DNA from: an uncultured Actinomycetota bacterium
GTDB taxonomy: Bacteria > Actinomycetota > Actinomycetes > Mycobacteriales > Mycobacteriaceae
DNA: 64,000 nt
NCBI GenBank assembly: GCA_963811535.1
Contig: CAWERF010000008.1
Location: 35,703 to 99,702, forward strand
Direction of reading: 5' to 3'
This document shows positions 54,518 through 62,619 of the stretch, one piece after another. Position 1 is the stretch's first letter. Every line of letters starts with the position of its first letter. The translations under genes and the position numbers were made by a program. Below the pieces are notes generated by a model that was not told the origin of the DNA, did not search any database, and was given only the letters and a program-made list of their open reading frames with translations.

Positions 54518-56011
54518 ATGTCTACTCTCGGTGACCTGCTCGCCGAGCACACCGTTCTTCCCGGCAGCGCGGTCGATCACCTGCACGCGGTCGTCGGGGA
54601 ATGGCAGCTGCTGGCGGATCTGTCCTTCGCCGACTACCTGATGTGGGTGCGGCGCGACGACGGCGCGCTGGTGTGCGTCGCGCAGTGCCGGCCCAACACC
54701 GCCCCGACGGTACTGATGGCCGACGCGGTGGGGACGGTCGGAGGCGCCGAGCAATTGCCTCTGGTGACAGCGGCGTTCGCCACCGGGGTCATCGGGCGGC
54801 AAAGCTACAGCGGCGTGGGCGAGGCCGAGGGCCTGAACGTCGAGGCGGTGCCGGTGCGGTATGACAACAACGTGGTCGCGGTGCTCACGCATCAGACCGC
54901 GGCCGCCGCGCGACGCAAGTCCAGCCCGCTGGAGATCGCCTACCTCGACTGCGCCAACGACATGGTGCAGATGCTGTCGGAGGGCACGTTCCCGAACGTC
55001 GGTGATCTGGCGATGTCGCGGTCGAGCCCGCGGGTGGGGGACGGCTTCATCCGCCTCGACGTCGACGGCAACGTCGTCTTCGCCAGCCCCAATGCGTTGT
55101 CGGCCTACCACCGGATGGGACTGACGTCGGAGCTCGAGGGCCACAACCTGGTCACCGTCACCAGGCCGCTGATCTCCGACCCGTTCGAGGCGCAGGAGCT
55201 CGCCGAGCATGTCCGCGATTCGCTGACTGGTGGATCCAGCATGCGGCTGGAGGTGGATGCCGGCGGGGCCGCGGTGCTGCTGCGCACACTGCCGCTCGTC
55301 GTGCACGGCACGTCCGTCGGGGCCGCAGTGCTGATCCGCGACGTCACCGAGGTCAAACGCCGCGACCGGGCGCTGCTGAGCAAGGACGCCACGATCCGCG
55401 AGATCCATCACCGGGTCAAGAACAACCTGCAGACCGTCGCCGCGCTGCTGCGGCTGCAGGCCCGCCGCACCAGCAATGCCGAGGGCCGCGAGGCGCTTAT
55501 CGAGTCGGTGCGACGCGTGTCGTCGATCGCGTTGGTGCACGACGCGCTGTCGATGTCGGTCGATGAAGAGGTCAACCTCGACGAGGTCGTGGACCGAATC
55601 CTGCCGATCATGAACGACGTGGCCACCGTCGACGCGCAGATCCGCGTCACCCGCGTCGGCGCGCTGGGAGTCCTGGACGCCGACCGGGCGACGGCCCTGA
55701 TTCTCGTCATCACGGAGTTGGTGCAGAACGCGATCGAACACGCCTTCGACTCGACGGGCAAGCACGGATGCGTGACGATCCGCGCCGAACGCTCGGCCCG
55801 CTGGCTCGACGTCGTCGTCCACGACGACGGCCGGGGGCTGCCCGACGGCTTCAGCCTCGAGAAATCGGACCGCCTGGGTCTGCAGATCGTGCGAACGCTG
55901 GTGTCGACCGAACTCGACGGCTCGCTGGGCATGCACGAAGCCCCCGGCGGCGGAACCGACGTGATATTGCGCGTGCCGATTGGCCGCCGCGCGCGAGTTG
56001 CGGGCATTTAG
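54518..56011 (+). CDS. pdtaS: GAF-PAS sensor histidine kinase PdtaS (Rv3220c-like)
   Basis: 497 aa. HisKA_2 H-box IREIHHRVKNNLQTVAALLRLQ and a HATPase_c domain (ELVQNAIEHAF, DDGRGLP, GLQIV). Confidence 0.85.
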   Translation: MSTLGDLLAEHTVLPGSAVDHLHAVVGEWQLLADLSFADYLMWVRRDDGALVCVAQCRPNTAPTVLMADAVGTVGGAEQLPLVTAAFATGVIGRQSYSGVGEAEGLNVEAVPVRYDNNVVAVLTHQTAAAARRKSSPLEIAYLDCANDMVQMLSEGTFPNVGDLAMSRSSPRVGDGFIRLDVDGNVVFASPNALSAYHRMGLTSELEGHNLVTVTRPLISDPFEAQELAEHVRDSLTGGSSMRLEVDAGGAAVLLRTLPLVVHGTSVGAAVLIRDVTEVKRRDRALLSKDATIREIHHRVKNNLQTVAALLRLQARRTSNAEGREALIESVRRVSSIALVHDALSMSVDEEVNLDEVVDRILPIMNDVATVDAQIRVTRVGALGVLDADRATALILVITELVQNAIEHAFDSTGKHGCVTIRAERSARWLDVVVHDDGRGLPDGFSLEKSDRLGLQIVRTLVSTELDGSLGMHEAPGGGTDVILRVPIGRRARVAGI

Positions 56012-56090
56012 CCCAGCAAATTACCGTCGCCGAAAATTGCGAATCGCTATTTCCGGTTCGAATTAATGGTGAGTTCGCCGGAGACCAGCG

Positions 56091-56345
56091 CTAGACGCTG
56101 CTGCGGGCCCGGGTGCGGGCGTTGCGGCGCTTCAACGCACGCCGCTCGTCTTCGCTCATGCCACCCCAGACACCGGCGTCCTGGCCCGTGTCCAACGCCC
56201 AGGTGAGGCATTCGGTGGTCACCGGACACCGGTTGCAGACGAGTTTTGCGTCAGCGATCTGTGCAAGTGCCGGGCCACTGTTTCCCACCGGGAAGAACAG
56301 CTCCGGATCCTCGTCACGACAGACCGCCTTGTGGCGCCAATCCAT
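56091..56345 (-). CDS. whiB1: WhiB-family NO-sensing Fe-S transcription factor WhiB1
   Basis: 84 aa: MDWRHKAVCRDEDPELFFPVGNSGPALAQIADAKLVCNRCPVTTECLTWAL...GVWGG. Confidence 0.95.
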   Translation of the reverse strand: MDWRHKAVCRDEDPELFFPVGNSGPALAQIADAKLVCNRCPVTTECLTWALDTGQDAGVWGGMSEDERRALKRRNARTRARSSV

Positions 56346-56430
56346 GCGGATACTCCTTGCTGTGTGCGCGGCGAAACGCGCACAGGTCTTCAGCTGTTAA
56401 CGCGCGCACGCGAAATGTTTCGGCACTGTT

Positions 56431-56451
56431 GCTTGTGATCGTTTCACAAGC
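56431..56451 (-). promoter_or_regulatory. perfect 8-bp-arm palindrome over the predicted whiB1 -10/TSS region
   Basis: gcttgtga-tcgtt-tcacaagc, i.e. TGTGA-N5-TCACA (one nt shorter than a CRP site). On the gene strand it lies 12 nt downstream of a TTGACA hexamer (56465-56460). Confidence 0.4.
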
Positions 56452-56480
56452 TCAACAGATGTCAATACCGCGCGGTAACA

Positions 56481-56496
56481 CGTGTGCTATCTCACT
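56481..56496 (-). promoter_or_regulatory. candidate Crp (Rv3676-type) binding site upstream of whiB1
   Basis: The gene strand reads aGTGAgatagcaCACg, with GTGA-N6-xCAC half-sites in CRP register. It is centred about 24 bp upstream of the TTGACA hexamer (a class-I-like position). whiB1 is known to be Crp-regulated in M. tuberculosis. Confidence 0.5.
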
Positions 56497-56599
56497 ATCG
56501 CGATCCGTTACCAGATCTCTTACTCGTTTGTACTACACTCAATCCACCTGCGCCCAAAATTGACCGACGAAAGTTAGTCAGTGCAGGTCAGCAGCCTGG

Positions 56600-58130
56600 C
56601 GCCGTCTTCGGGGCGCACCGTGGTGCGCGAAGATTGGGTGCTGGTTGCTCTTGTTGACCGTGCTGGCTGAGGCGGAAACTGGTCGGGTTCGTCGTGGTGA
56701 TCCCGATCTGCTCTGTGGTGCCGGTGAGCCTGTAGGTCAGCATGGTGACGGAGGGCTTCCACGGGAACCGTGGATTGGTGCCATCGAGCCCGAGCGTCAG
56801 ATTTTTGAATTTCCCTGCCCTTCCCACGACGGACACCGTAGGTGTGCGTGCGAAGGGAGTGAGGGACCGTGGAAGTCGTGCATGCCCGCTGTGCGGGACT
56901 GGATATCTCGAAAAGGGACGCCAAGGTGTGCGTCCGGGTCGCCGGTGCTGGGCGGCGCAAAACGGTTGAGACGGTTACGACCTGGGGCTCGATGACGAGC
57001 CAGATCCTGGCGCTGCGTGAGCATCTGATCGACGAGCGGATCACGTGTGCGGTGATGGAGGCCACTAGCGATTATTGGAAGCCGTTCTACTACCTGTTGG
57101 AGGATGCGGGATTTGATGTGCTGCTTGTTAATGCGCGGCACGTGAAGAACCTGCCCGGCCGCAAGACCGATGTCTCCGACGCGACCTGGCTGGCCCAACT
57201 TGGCGCGCACGGTCTGGTGCGCGGCTCGTTCGTGCCACCCGAGCCGATCCGGCAGCTTCGTGATCTGACTCGGGCGCGCACGGCGATCACTCGGGAACGC
57301 TCGCGCGAGGTACAGCGGCTGGAGAAGCTGCTCGAAGACGCCGGGATCAAGCTGTCGGCGGTTGCCTCCGACATTCTCGGTGTGTCGGGGCGCGCCATGC
57401 TGGAGTCGTTGATCGCCGGCAACCGCGACCCCGCCGCGCTGGCCGAGCTGGCCAAACGCCGACTGCGGGTAAAGATCCCGGCGTTGACCGAGGCGCTGAC
57501 CGGTCGGTTCACCGACCATCACGCCTTCTTGGCCCGGGTCCACCTGGACCTGATCGACCGGCACACCGCAGCCATCGATGACATCACCACCCGGATCGAG
57601 GCGACGATCGCGCCCTTTCACGGGTTTCGCGACCTGATCTGCACCATCCCGGGCATCAGTGCCCTCACCGCCGACGTCATCATCGCCGAAACCGGCGCCG
57701 ACATGGCCCGCTTCCCCACGGCAGCTCAGCTCGCCTCCTGGGCCGGAACCACCCCGGGCAACAACGAATCCGCCGGCAAAGTCAAGTCCAGCCGCACACG
57801 CCCCGGCAACCCGTACCTACAGGGTGCGCTCGGCGCGGCCGCCATGGCATGCGCCCAAAATCCACACACCTACCTCGGTGCCCGCTATCGCCGGATCGCC
57901 GCCCGGCGCGGACCACAAAAAGCCAATGTCGCCATCCAGCACTCAATGCTGATCGCCATCTGGCACATGGCAACTAACGGCTGCCTCTACAACGACCCCG
58001 GCGCCGACTACTTCAACCGACTCCACCCCGACCGAGCCAAAAAGCGGGCCATCAACCAACTCCAGGCCATGGGCTACCAAGTCACCCTGACCCACGCCAG
58101 TTGATCACGGACACCCAGGAAATCTTCGCG
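56600..58130 (+). mobile_element. IS110-family insertion sequence, copy B (ends approximate), unrelated in sequence to copy A
   Basis: Intact transposase preceded by about 270 nt of lower-GC non-coding leader and followed by about 25 nt. Boundaries were inferred from where the whiB1 upstream region and the diacylglycerol-kinase C-terminus stop looking native. Confidence 0.7.
56869..58104 (+). CDS. IS110-family DEDD transposase/recombinase
   Basis: 411 aa. AGLDISKRDAKVCV and VMEATSDYWKP (DEDD domain), GRKTDVSDATWLAQL, and IPGISALTADVIIAETGADMARFP...SWAGTTPGNNESAGK (Tnp domain). Confidence 0.92.
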   Translation: MEVVHARCAGLDISKRDAKVCVRVAGAGRRKTVETVTTWGSMTSQILALREHLIDERITCAVMEATSDYWKPFYYLLEDAGFDVLLVNARHVKNLPGRKTDVSDATWLAQLGAHGLVRGSFVPPEPIRQLRDLTRARTAITRERSREVQRLEKLLEDAGIKLSAVASDILGVSGRAMLESLIAGNRDPAALAELAKRRLRVKIPALTEALTGRFTDHHAFLARVHLDLIDRHTAAIDDITTRIEATIAPFHGFRDLICTIPGISALTADVIIAETGADMARFPTAAQLASWAGTTPGNNESAGKVKSSRTRPGNPYLQGALGAAAMACAQNPHTYLGARYRRIAARRGPQKANVAIQHSMLIAIWHMATNGCLYNDPGADYFNRLHPDRAKKRAINQLQAMGYQVTLTHAS

Positions 58131-59092
58131 TCAGAATGGGTCTTTGCGGGTGGTGCGAGCACGCCGAGCGCGTCTGGAACCGACATGAACGTCATCGCCT
58201 TCCGCAGTCCGATGTAGTCGCCGTCGATTTGGCAGGCCACCGGTGTGTCGGCGCTCACCTTCACCCACGGCAGGTCGTCGTGGCGGATCAGATGCTTGGC
58301 CCGCAGTCGGGGCCGCCTTGCCAGCATCTGGCGCACCAGCCGCAGGTTGCCCCACACGTTCATGCTGGTGGTCGCGAACACGCCCAAACCGGTCTCATAC
58401 GTCGTGCCCGGGTTGGTCCAGACCGGGCGGGTGTTGGCGTACGTCCACGGGTTGGCGTTGGAGACGAACACCAGGTGCACGCCGCCGATGGGGCCCTGGC
58501 CGGGCAGCTGCAGCGTCAACCGCGGCTCGCGGCGCGCGCTGCGCAGCACCAACGGCACCGTCGTGCGGATGTAGCGGGAGCTTGTGACTTGCCGGCCTTT
58601 GTTGCGCTGCGCTTCCACCGCGGCCACCACCTCGCCGTCGACGCCCATCCCGGCGGTGAACAGCGCCCAGCGTTCGCCGCAGTCCATCAGGCCGATGCGC
58701 CGCCAGCACCGGTCGCGGCGATGCTCGCCCAGCAGGTCGACGAGCTGGTTCGTGGCCTCGACCGGATCGGAAGGGATGCCCAGTGAGCGGGCGAAGACGT
58801 TGGCCGAACCGCCCGGCACCACGCTGACCGCCGGGACATGCCCTTGGCCGGCGTGGCCCGGCACCCCCAGCACACCGTTGACCACCTCGTTCACGGTCCC
58901 GTCCCCGCCGTGCACGATCACCACGTCCACTCCGTCGCGCGCGGCCTCCTGTGCGATCTCGATCGCATGGCCGCGGGCATCGGTGTATGCGACCGTCAGC
59001 TTGACGCGGCTTTCCAGCGCGTGGGCGAGCAGGTCACGCGCGGCCGCGGTGGTCGACGTCGCGTTGGGGTTCACGATCAGCACGGCGCGCAC
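58082..59092 (-). CDS. diacylglycerol kinase catalytic-domain (LCB5/YegS-like) lipid kinase, Rv3218-like
   Basis: The ORF 58082..59146 was trimmed to the GTG at 59092 (VRAVLIVNPNATS). VIVHGGDGTVNEVVNG motif. The last ~15 codons run into IS110 copy B. Confidence 0.8.
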   Translation of the reverse strand: MRAVLIVNPNATSTTAAARDLLAHALESRVKLTVAYTDARGHAIEIAQEAARDGVDVVIVHGGDGTVNEVVNGVLGVPGHAGQGHVPAVSVVPGGSANVFARSLGIPSDPVEATNQLVDLLGEHRRDRCWRRIGLMDCGERWALFTAGMGVDGEVVAAVEAQRNKGRQVTSSRYIRTTVPLVLRSARREPRLTLQLPGQGPIGGVHLVFVSNANPWTYANTRPVWTNPGTTYETGLGVFATTSMNVWGNLRLVRQMLARRPRLRAKHLIRHDDLPWVKVSADTPVACQIDGDYIGLRKAMTFMSVPDALGVLAPPAKTHSDAKISWVSVINWRGSG

Positions 59093-59130
59093 GGGGGACC
59101 AGCCTATCCGGGCACCTTTACGCTGATGCC

Positions 59131-59559
59131 GTGACCAGTCGCCCACCGGCCCCAGTGCGTCGCGCCGGGCTCCTCGTCGCGGCCGAGGGCGTTGCGGCGG
59201 TGGTCGTGGCGGTGATCTTGGTGATCATCGGAATCTCCGACGGTCAGCAGAAAGTCGCGTTCGGAACTGCCGGCTGGTTCGTGATCATCGGTGGCGCGGT
59301 GCTCGCGGCCGGATGGGCGTTGTTCAACGGCAGGCGCTGGGGCCGCGGTCTGGCGGTTTTCGCGCAGCTGCTGCTGCTTCCGACGGCGTGGGCCATGGCC
59401 GTGAGCTCGCACCAGCCGGCGTATGGCATTCCGATCGGCGTTGTGGCGATCGGCACGCTGGCGCTGTTGTTCAGTCCGGCAGCGCTGCGCTGGGTGTCGG
59501 GTGTGGACGAGCCTCAGGATCCGGCCAGTTCGGATAGCGCCGGACCCGATACGCGGTAG
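59131..59559 (+). CDS. small integral membrane protein (Rv3217c-like)
   Basis: 142 aa with four hydrophobic helices. Divergent from the kinase gene. Confidence 0.6.
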   Translation: MTSRPPAPVRRAGLLVAAEGVAAVVVAVILVIIGISDGQQKVAFGTAGWFVIIGGAVLAAGWALFNGRRWGRGLAVFAQLLLLPTAWAMAVSSHQPAYGIPIGVVAIGTLALLFSPAALRWVSGVDEPQDPASSDSAGPDTR

Positions 59560-59984
59560 GTGATCCACTCGGTCAGCGGCCGGCCGCCGACGGCCTCGTA
59601 CAGTGCGATAGCGTCGGTGTTCCAGTCCAGCACCGCCCACGTCAGCCGCGTGTAGCCGACCCTCACGCATTCGCGGGCCAGCTCCGACAGCAGCGCGCGG
59701 GCCAGGCCGCGGCGCCGAAACGCGGGGCGGACGAAGAGGTCCTCGAGGTAGATCCCGGCTTCGCCGTCCCAGGTGGAGAAGTTCAGGAACCACAGGGCGC
59801 CCGCGGCGATTTCGCCGTTCACTTCGGCCACGTGCGCCTGCACGGTGGGGCGACCACCGAACAGCGCTGTGCGGAGCAGGTTTTCGGTGATCGTGCATTG
59901 GTCGGCCGCCTTCTCGAACTCAGCCAGCTCGTGGATCATCTTGGTCAGTTCCGCTTCATCGCCGGGAACCGCCCGCCTGATCAT
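59514..59984 (-). CDS. GNAT family N-acetyltransferase (Rv3216-like)
   Basis: The ORF 59514..60167 was trimmed to the ATG at 59984, which overlaps the entC stop (ATGA). Acetyl-CoA motif RPAFRRRGLARALL. Confidence 0.8.
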   Translation of the reverse strand: MIRRAVPGDEAELTKMIHELAEFEKAADQCTITENLLRTALFGGRPTVQAHVAEVNGEIAAGALWFLNFSTWDGEAGIYLEDLFVRPAFRRRGLARALLSELARECVRVGYTRLTWAVLDWNTDAIALYEAVGGRPLTEWITYRVSGPALSELAGS

Positions 59985-61078
59985 CCCTCGACCCCCAGCG
60001 CCGAAAAGATCGTCTTGAATTTCGTTGTGGTCTCGGCTAATTCGTCGGCGACATCGGAGTCCGCGACGATCCCTCCGCCGGAATAGGCGCGGGCGTTGCG
60101 CCGATCCGCCGACAGCTGCGCGCACCGGATCGCGACCACCCACCGGCCGTCGCCGTGCCGGTCGCACCAGCCTGCCGCTCCGGCGTAGAAGCCGCGGTCG
60201 CCCTCAAGCAATGCGATCATCGCGACGGCATCTTCGGTTGGCACGCCGCCGACCGCGGGTGTGGGATGCAGCGTGAGTGCGAGATCCAAAGCCGTGGTGG
60301 AGGTTTCGCGGAGCCTGGCGGTGATCGGCGTGCTCAGGTGCCACAATGCCGCGGTGCGGCTCAGCTGCGGTGTCGGCGCGACCTGCAGTTCGACACACAG
60401 CGGGTCGAGCGATTTGCGCATCGCGTCGACAACCAGCGCGTGCTCGAGACGGTTCTTGGCAGACGCGGCGAGCGCGGCGCCGTTGGCGCGGTCGGTGTCG
60501 GGGTCGGGGGAGCGCGGTGCCGACCCGGCGAAGGGTTGGCAGATCACCCGCTCGTCATGGCGGGCCACCAACAATTCGGGGCTCGCGCCGACCAGGGCGC
60601 AGCCGGCGTAGCGGGCGCCGGCCGCCGATAGGTCCGCTCCGTAGACGTAGGCCCCCGGATCGGCCGCCGTGAGCCTTGTCAGCACCGTCGGAACATCCAG
60701 CGTGCCGTCCGCCACCAGGTCCAGCGCGCGGGCAAGCACCACCTTGCGCAAGGCCCTGTCGGGGTCGGTCAGCGCGGCCAGGGCGCGTCGGATCCGGGCC
60801 TGGTGTTCGTCGGGGGAGGGCACCGTGGCCGCCACCCGCACCTGCGGCGGTGGTTGCGCCGGCCACGACGGGAGGGTGTCGCTGAAGGTGTACGTCTCCG
60901 GGCGCAGCAGTGCGGCCGGCCGGGAGACATCAAAAGGTAACGCGCCCACAACGATTGGGGTATTTCCCCGGCGTAGAGCCGCCCGTGCGGCGGCGACGTC
61001 GCGGTAGGCGGTGTGGGTGCCTTCGGTTACGAGCGTTCCGCCGGGGCCGCTCAGCACGAACGTTGGCGCACCGGTCAC
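59981..61078 (-). CDS. entC: isochorismate synthase
   Basis: The ORF 59981..61432 was trimmed to the GTG at 61078, which overlaps the gpm2 stop (GTGA). Chorismate-binding C-terminus LHPTPAVGG, GFYAGAAGW and GGGIVADSD. Confidence 0.85.
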   Translation of the reverse strand: MTGAPTFVLSGPGGTLVTEGTHTAYRDVAAARAALRRGNTPIVVGALPFDVSRPAALLRPETYTFSDTLPSWPAQPPPQVRVAATVPSPDEHQARIRRALAALTDPDRALRKVVLARALDLVADGTLDVPTVLTRLTAADPGAYVYGADLSAAGARYAGCALVGASPELLVARHDERVICQPFAGSAPRSPDPDTDRANGAALAASAKNRLEHALVVDAMRKSLDPLCVELQVAPTPQLSRTAALWHLSTPITARLRETSTTALDLALTLHPTPAVGGVPTEDAVAMIALLEGDRGFYAGAAGWCDRHGDGRWVVAIRCAQLSADRRNARAYSGGGIVADSDVADELAETTTKFKTIFSALGVEG

Positions 61079-61686
61079 TGGTATGCGGCCGCCTGGGGGT
61101 AGCCGGTCAGCCCGAGAGCGCCGAGCTGTCGCACCCCGTACTCGAAACCGTTCACCGCGAGCGATGCGGCCGGCATCGCAAACCGCGCGCCCGCCGACAC
61201 CGGCTGTTCGAGCCAGCGGGCGATGATCGCCCGGGAGAAGTGTCCGTGCCCGACGAACACGGTGTCGCGCGACTCCATGTGCTCCAGTGCAAGTGCCACA
61301 GCGTTGTCGGCGCGGTCGCTGACCTGCGCGAGGCTTTCGCCGCCCGCCGCGCCGTGGGTCCACAAGAACCAGCCCGGAACTTTCGTGCGGATGTCGTGTG
61401 TGGTCAGACCTTCGTAAATGCCGTAGTCCCACTCCGCCAACAGTGGTGTCACCTCGTCGATCTTGAGCCCGGCCAATTCCGCGGTGAGAACGGCGCGTTT
61501 GCGTGGGCTGCTGACCACGTACGGATTGTCGAGGTGCAGGCGGGTGAGCGCCTCAGCGACCAGCTTCGCTTCCTCGCGCCCGTGCTCGGTGAGGTCGAGA
61601 TCGGTGCGGCTGGTGTGCTGGCCCGAAAGCGACCATTCTGTTTCGCCGTGCCGCAGCAGCACGAGTCGATGGGTCCCGATCGCCAC
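61075..61686 (-). CDS. gpm2: histidine phosphatase (phosphoglycerate mutase family), Rv3214-like
   Basis: Real gene in the 3' third of ORF 61075..62319, from the GTG at 61686 (VAIGTHRLVLLRHGETEWS, an RHG catalytic motif). A second His lies in VGHGHFSRA. Confidence 0.8.
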   Translation of the reverse strand: MAIGTHRLVLLRHGETEWSLSGQHTSRTDLDLTEHGREEAKLVAEALTRLHLDNPYVVSSPRKRAVLTAELAGLKIDEVTPLLAEWDYGIYEGLTTHDIRTKVPGWFLWTHGAAGGESLAQVSDRADNAVALALEHMESRDTVFVGHGHFSRAIIARWLEQPVSAGARFAMPAASLAVNGFEYGVRQLGALGLTGYPQAAAYQ

Positions 61687-61744
61687 GTTGCCGATTGTGC
61701 CGCACAGGCGGCGTGTTCGTCCGCGCGCGTGCTTGGATGGGCAT

Positions 61745-62539
61745 GTGACCCGAGTACTGGCGGTGGCCAACCAGAAGGGCGGTGTTGCCAAGACGACGAC
61801 GGTTGCGTCGTTGGGGGCGGCGATGGTGGAGAAGGACCGGCGGGTGCTGCTGGTCGATCTGGATCCGCAGGGGTGTTTGACGTTCTCACTCGGCCATGAC
61901 CCGGACAAGCTTCCGGTGTCGGTCCACGAGGTGCTGCTGGGCGAGGTGGAGCCGTCGGCCGCGCTGGTGGACACCGAGGAGGGCATGACGCTGATGCCGG
62001 CCAACATCGACTTGGCCGGTGTCGAGGCGATGCTGCTGATGAGGGCGGGCCGGGAGTATGCGCTCAAACGCGCGCTGACGAAGATCATCGATGACTTCGA
62101 TGTGGTGATCATCGACTGCCCGCCATCGCTGGGTGTGTTGACGCTGAACGGCCTGACCGCAGCGGACGAGGTCATGGTGCCGCTGCAGTGCGAAACGCTC
62201 GCGCACCGCGGCGTCGGACAGTTGCTGCGCACCGTGACGGACGTGCAGCAGATCACGAACGCCGATCTGGCGCTGCTGGGCGCGCTGCCGACGCTGTATG
62301 ACTCGCGCACCACCCACACCCGTGACGTGCTGCTCGACGTCGCCGACCGCTACGGCCTGCCGGTGCTCGCGCCGCCGATCCCGAGGACGGTGCGGTTCGC
62401 GGAGGCCTCCGCGTCGGGTTGTTCGGTACTCGCTGGCAAGAAGAACAAAGGCTCGGTGGCCTACCGCGAGCTGGCCATCGCGCTGCTCAAGCACTGGAAG
62501 TCGGGCAAGCCGCTGCCGAGCTTCACCCCCGAGGTGTGA
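61745..62539 (+). CDS. ParA/Soj-family ATPase (Rv3213c-like)
   Basis: In the frame of ORF 61463..62539, from the GTG at 61745 (VTRVLAVANQKGGVAKTTT, a deviant Walker A). IIDCPPSLG motif. Confidence 0.85.
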   Translation: MTRVLAVANQKGGVAKTTTVASLGAAMVEKDRRVLLVDLDPQGCLTFSLGHDPDKLPVSVHEVLLGEVEPSAALVDTEEGMTLMPANIDLAGVEAMLLMRAGREYALKRALTKIIDDFDVVIIDCPPSLGVLTLNGLTAADEVMVPLQCETLAHRGVGQLLRTVTDVQQITNADLALLGALPTLYDSRTTHTRDVLLDVADRYGLPVLAPPIPRTVRFAEASASGCSVLAGKKNKGSVAYRELAIALLKHWKSGKPLPSFTPEV

Positions 62540-62545
62540 GCGTCG

Positions 62546-62619
62546 GCGCTCATCGGGAGCCGTTGCTCTTCGCGCGAGCGCTCATCGGAAGCCGTTGCTC
62601 TTCGCGCAAGCGCTCATGG
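62546..62619. repeat. 32-bp tandem repeat, 2.3 copies, filling the gap between two convergent genes
   Basis: gcgctcatcgggagccgttgctcttcgcgcga (62546-77), gcgctcatcggaagccgttgctcttcgcgcaa (62578-609, 30/32), gcgctcatgg (62610-19). Confidence 0.9.

Noticed and set aside
56588-56836. 82-aa minus-strand ORF with unusually protein-like composition (GKFKNLTLGLDGTNPRFPWKPSVTMLTYRLTGT...).
   Set aside because: It lies in the lower-GC 5' leader of IS110 copy B, and the composition reflects lower GC rather than coding. No family was recognised. Kept only as a caveat in the bridge-RNA finding.
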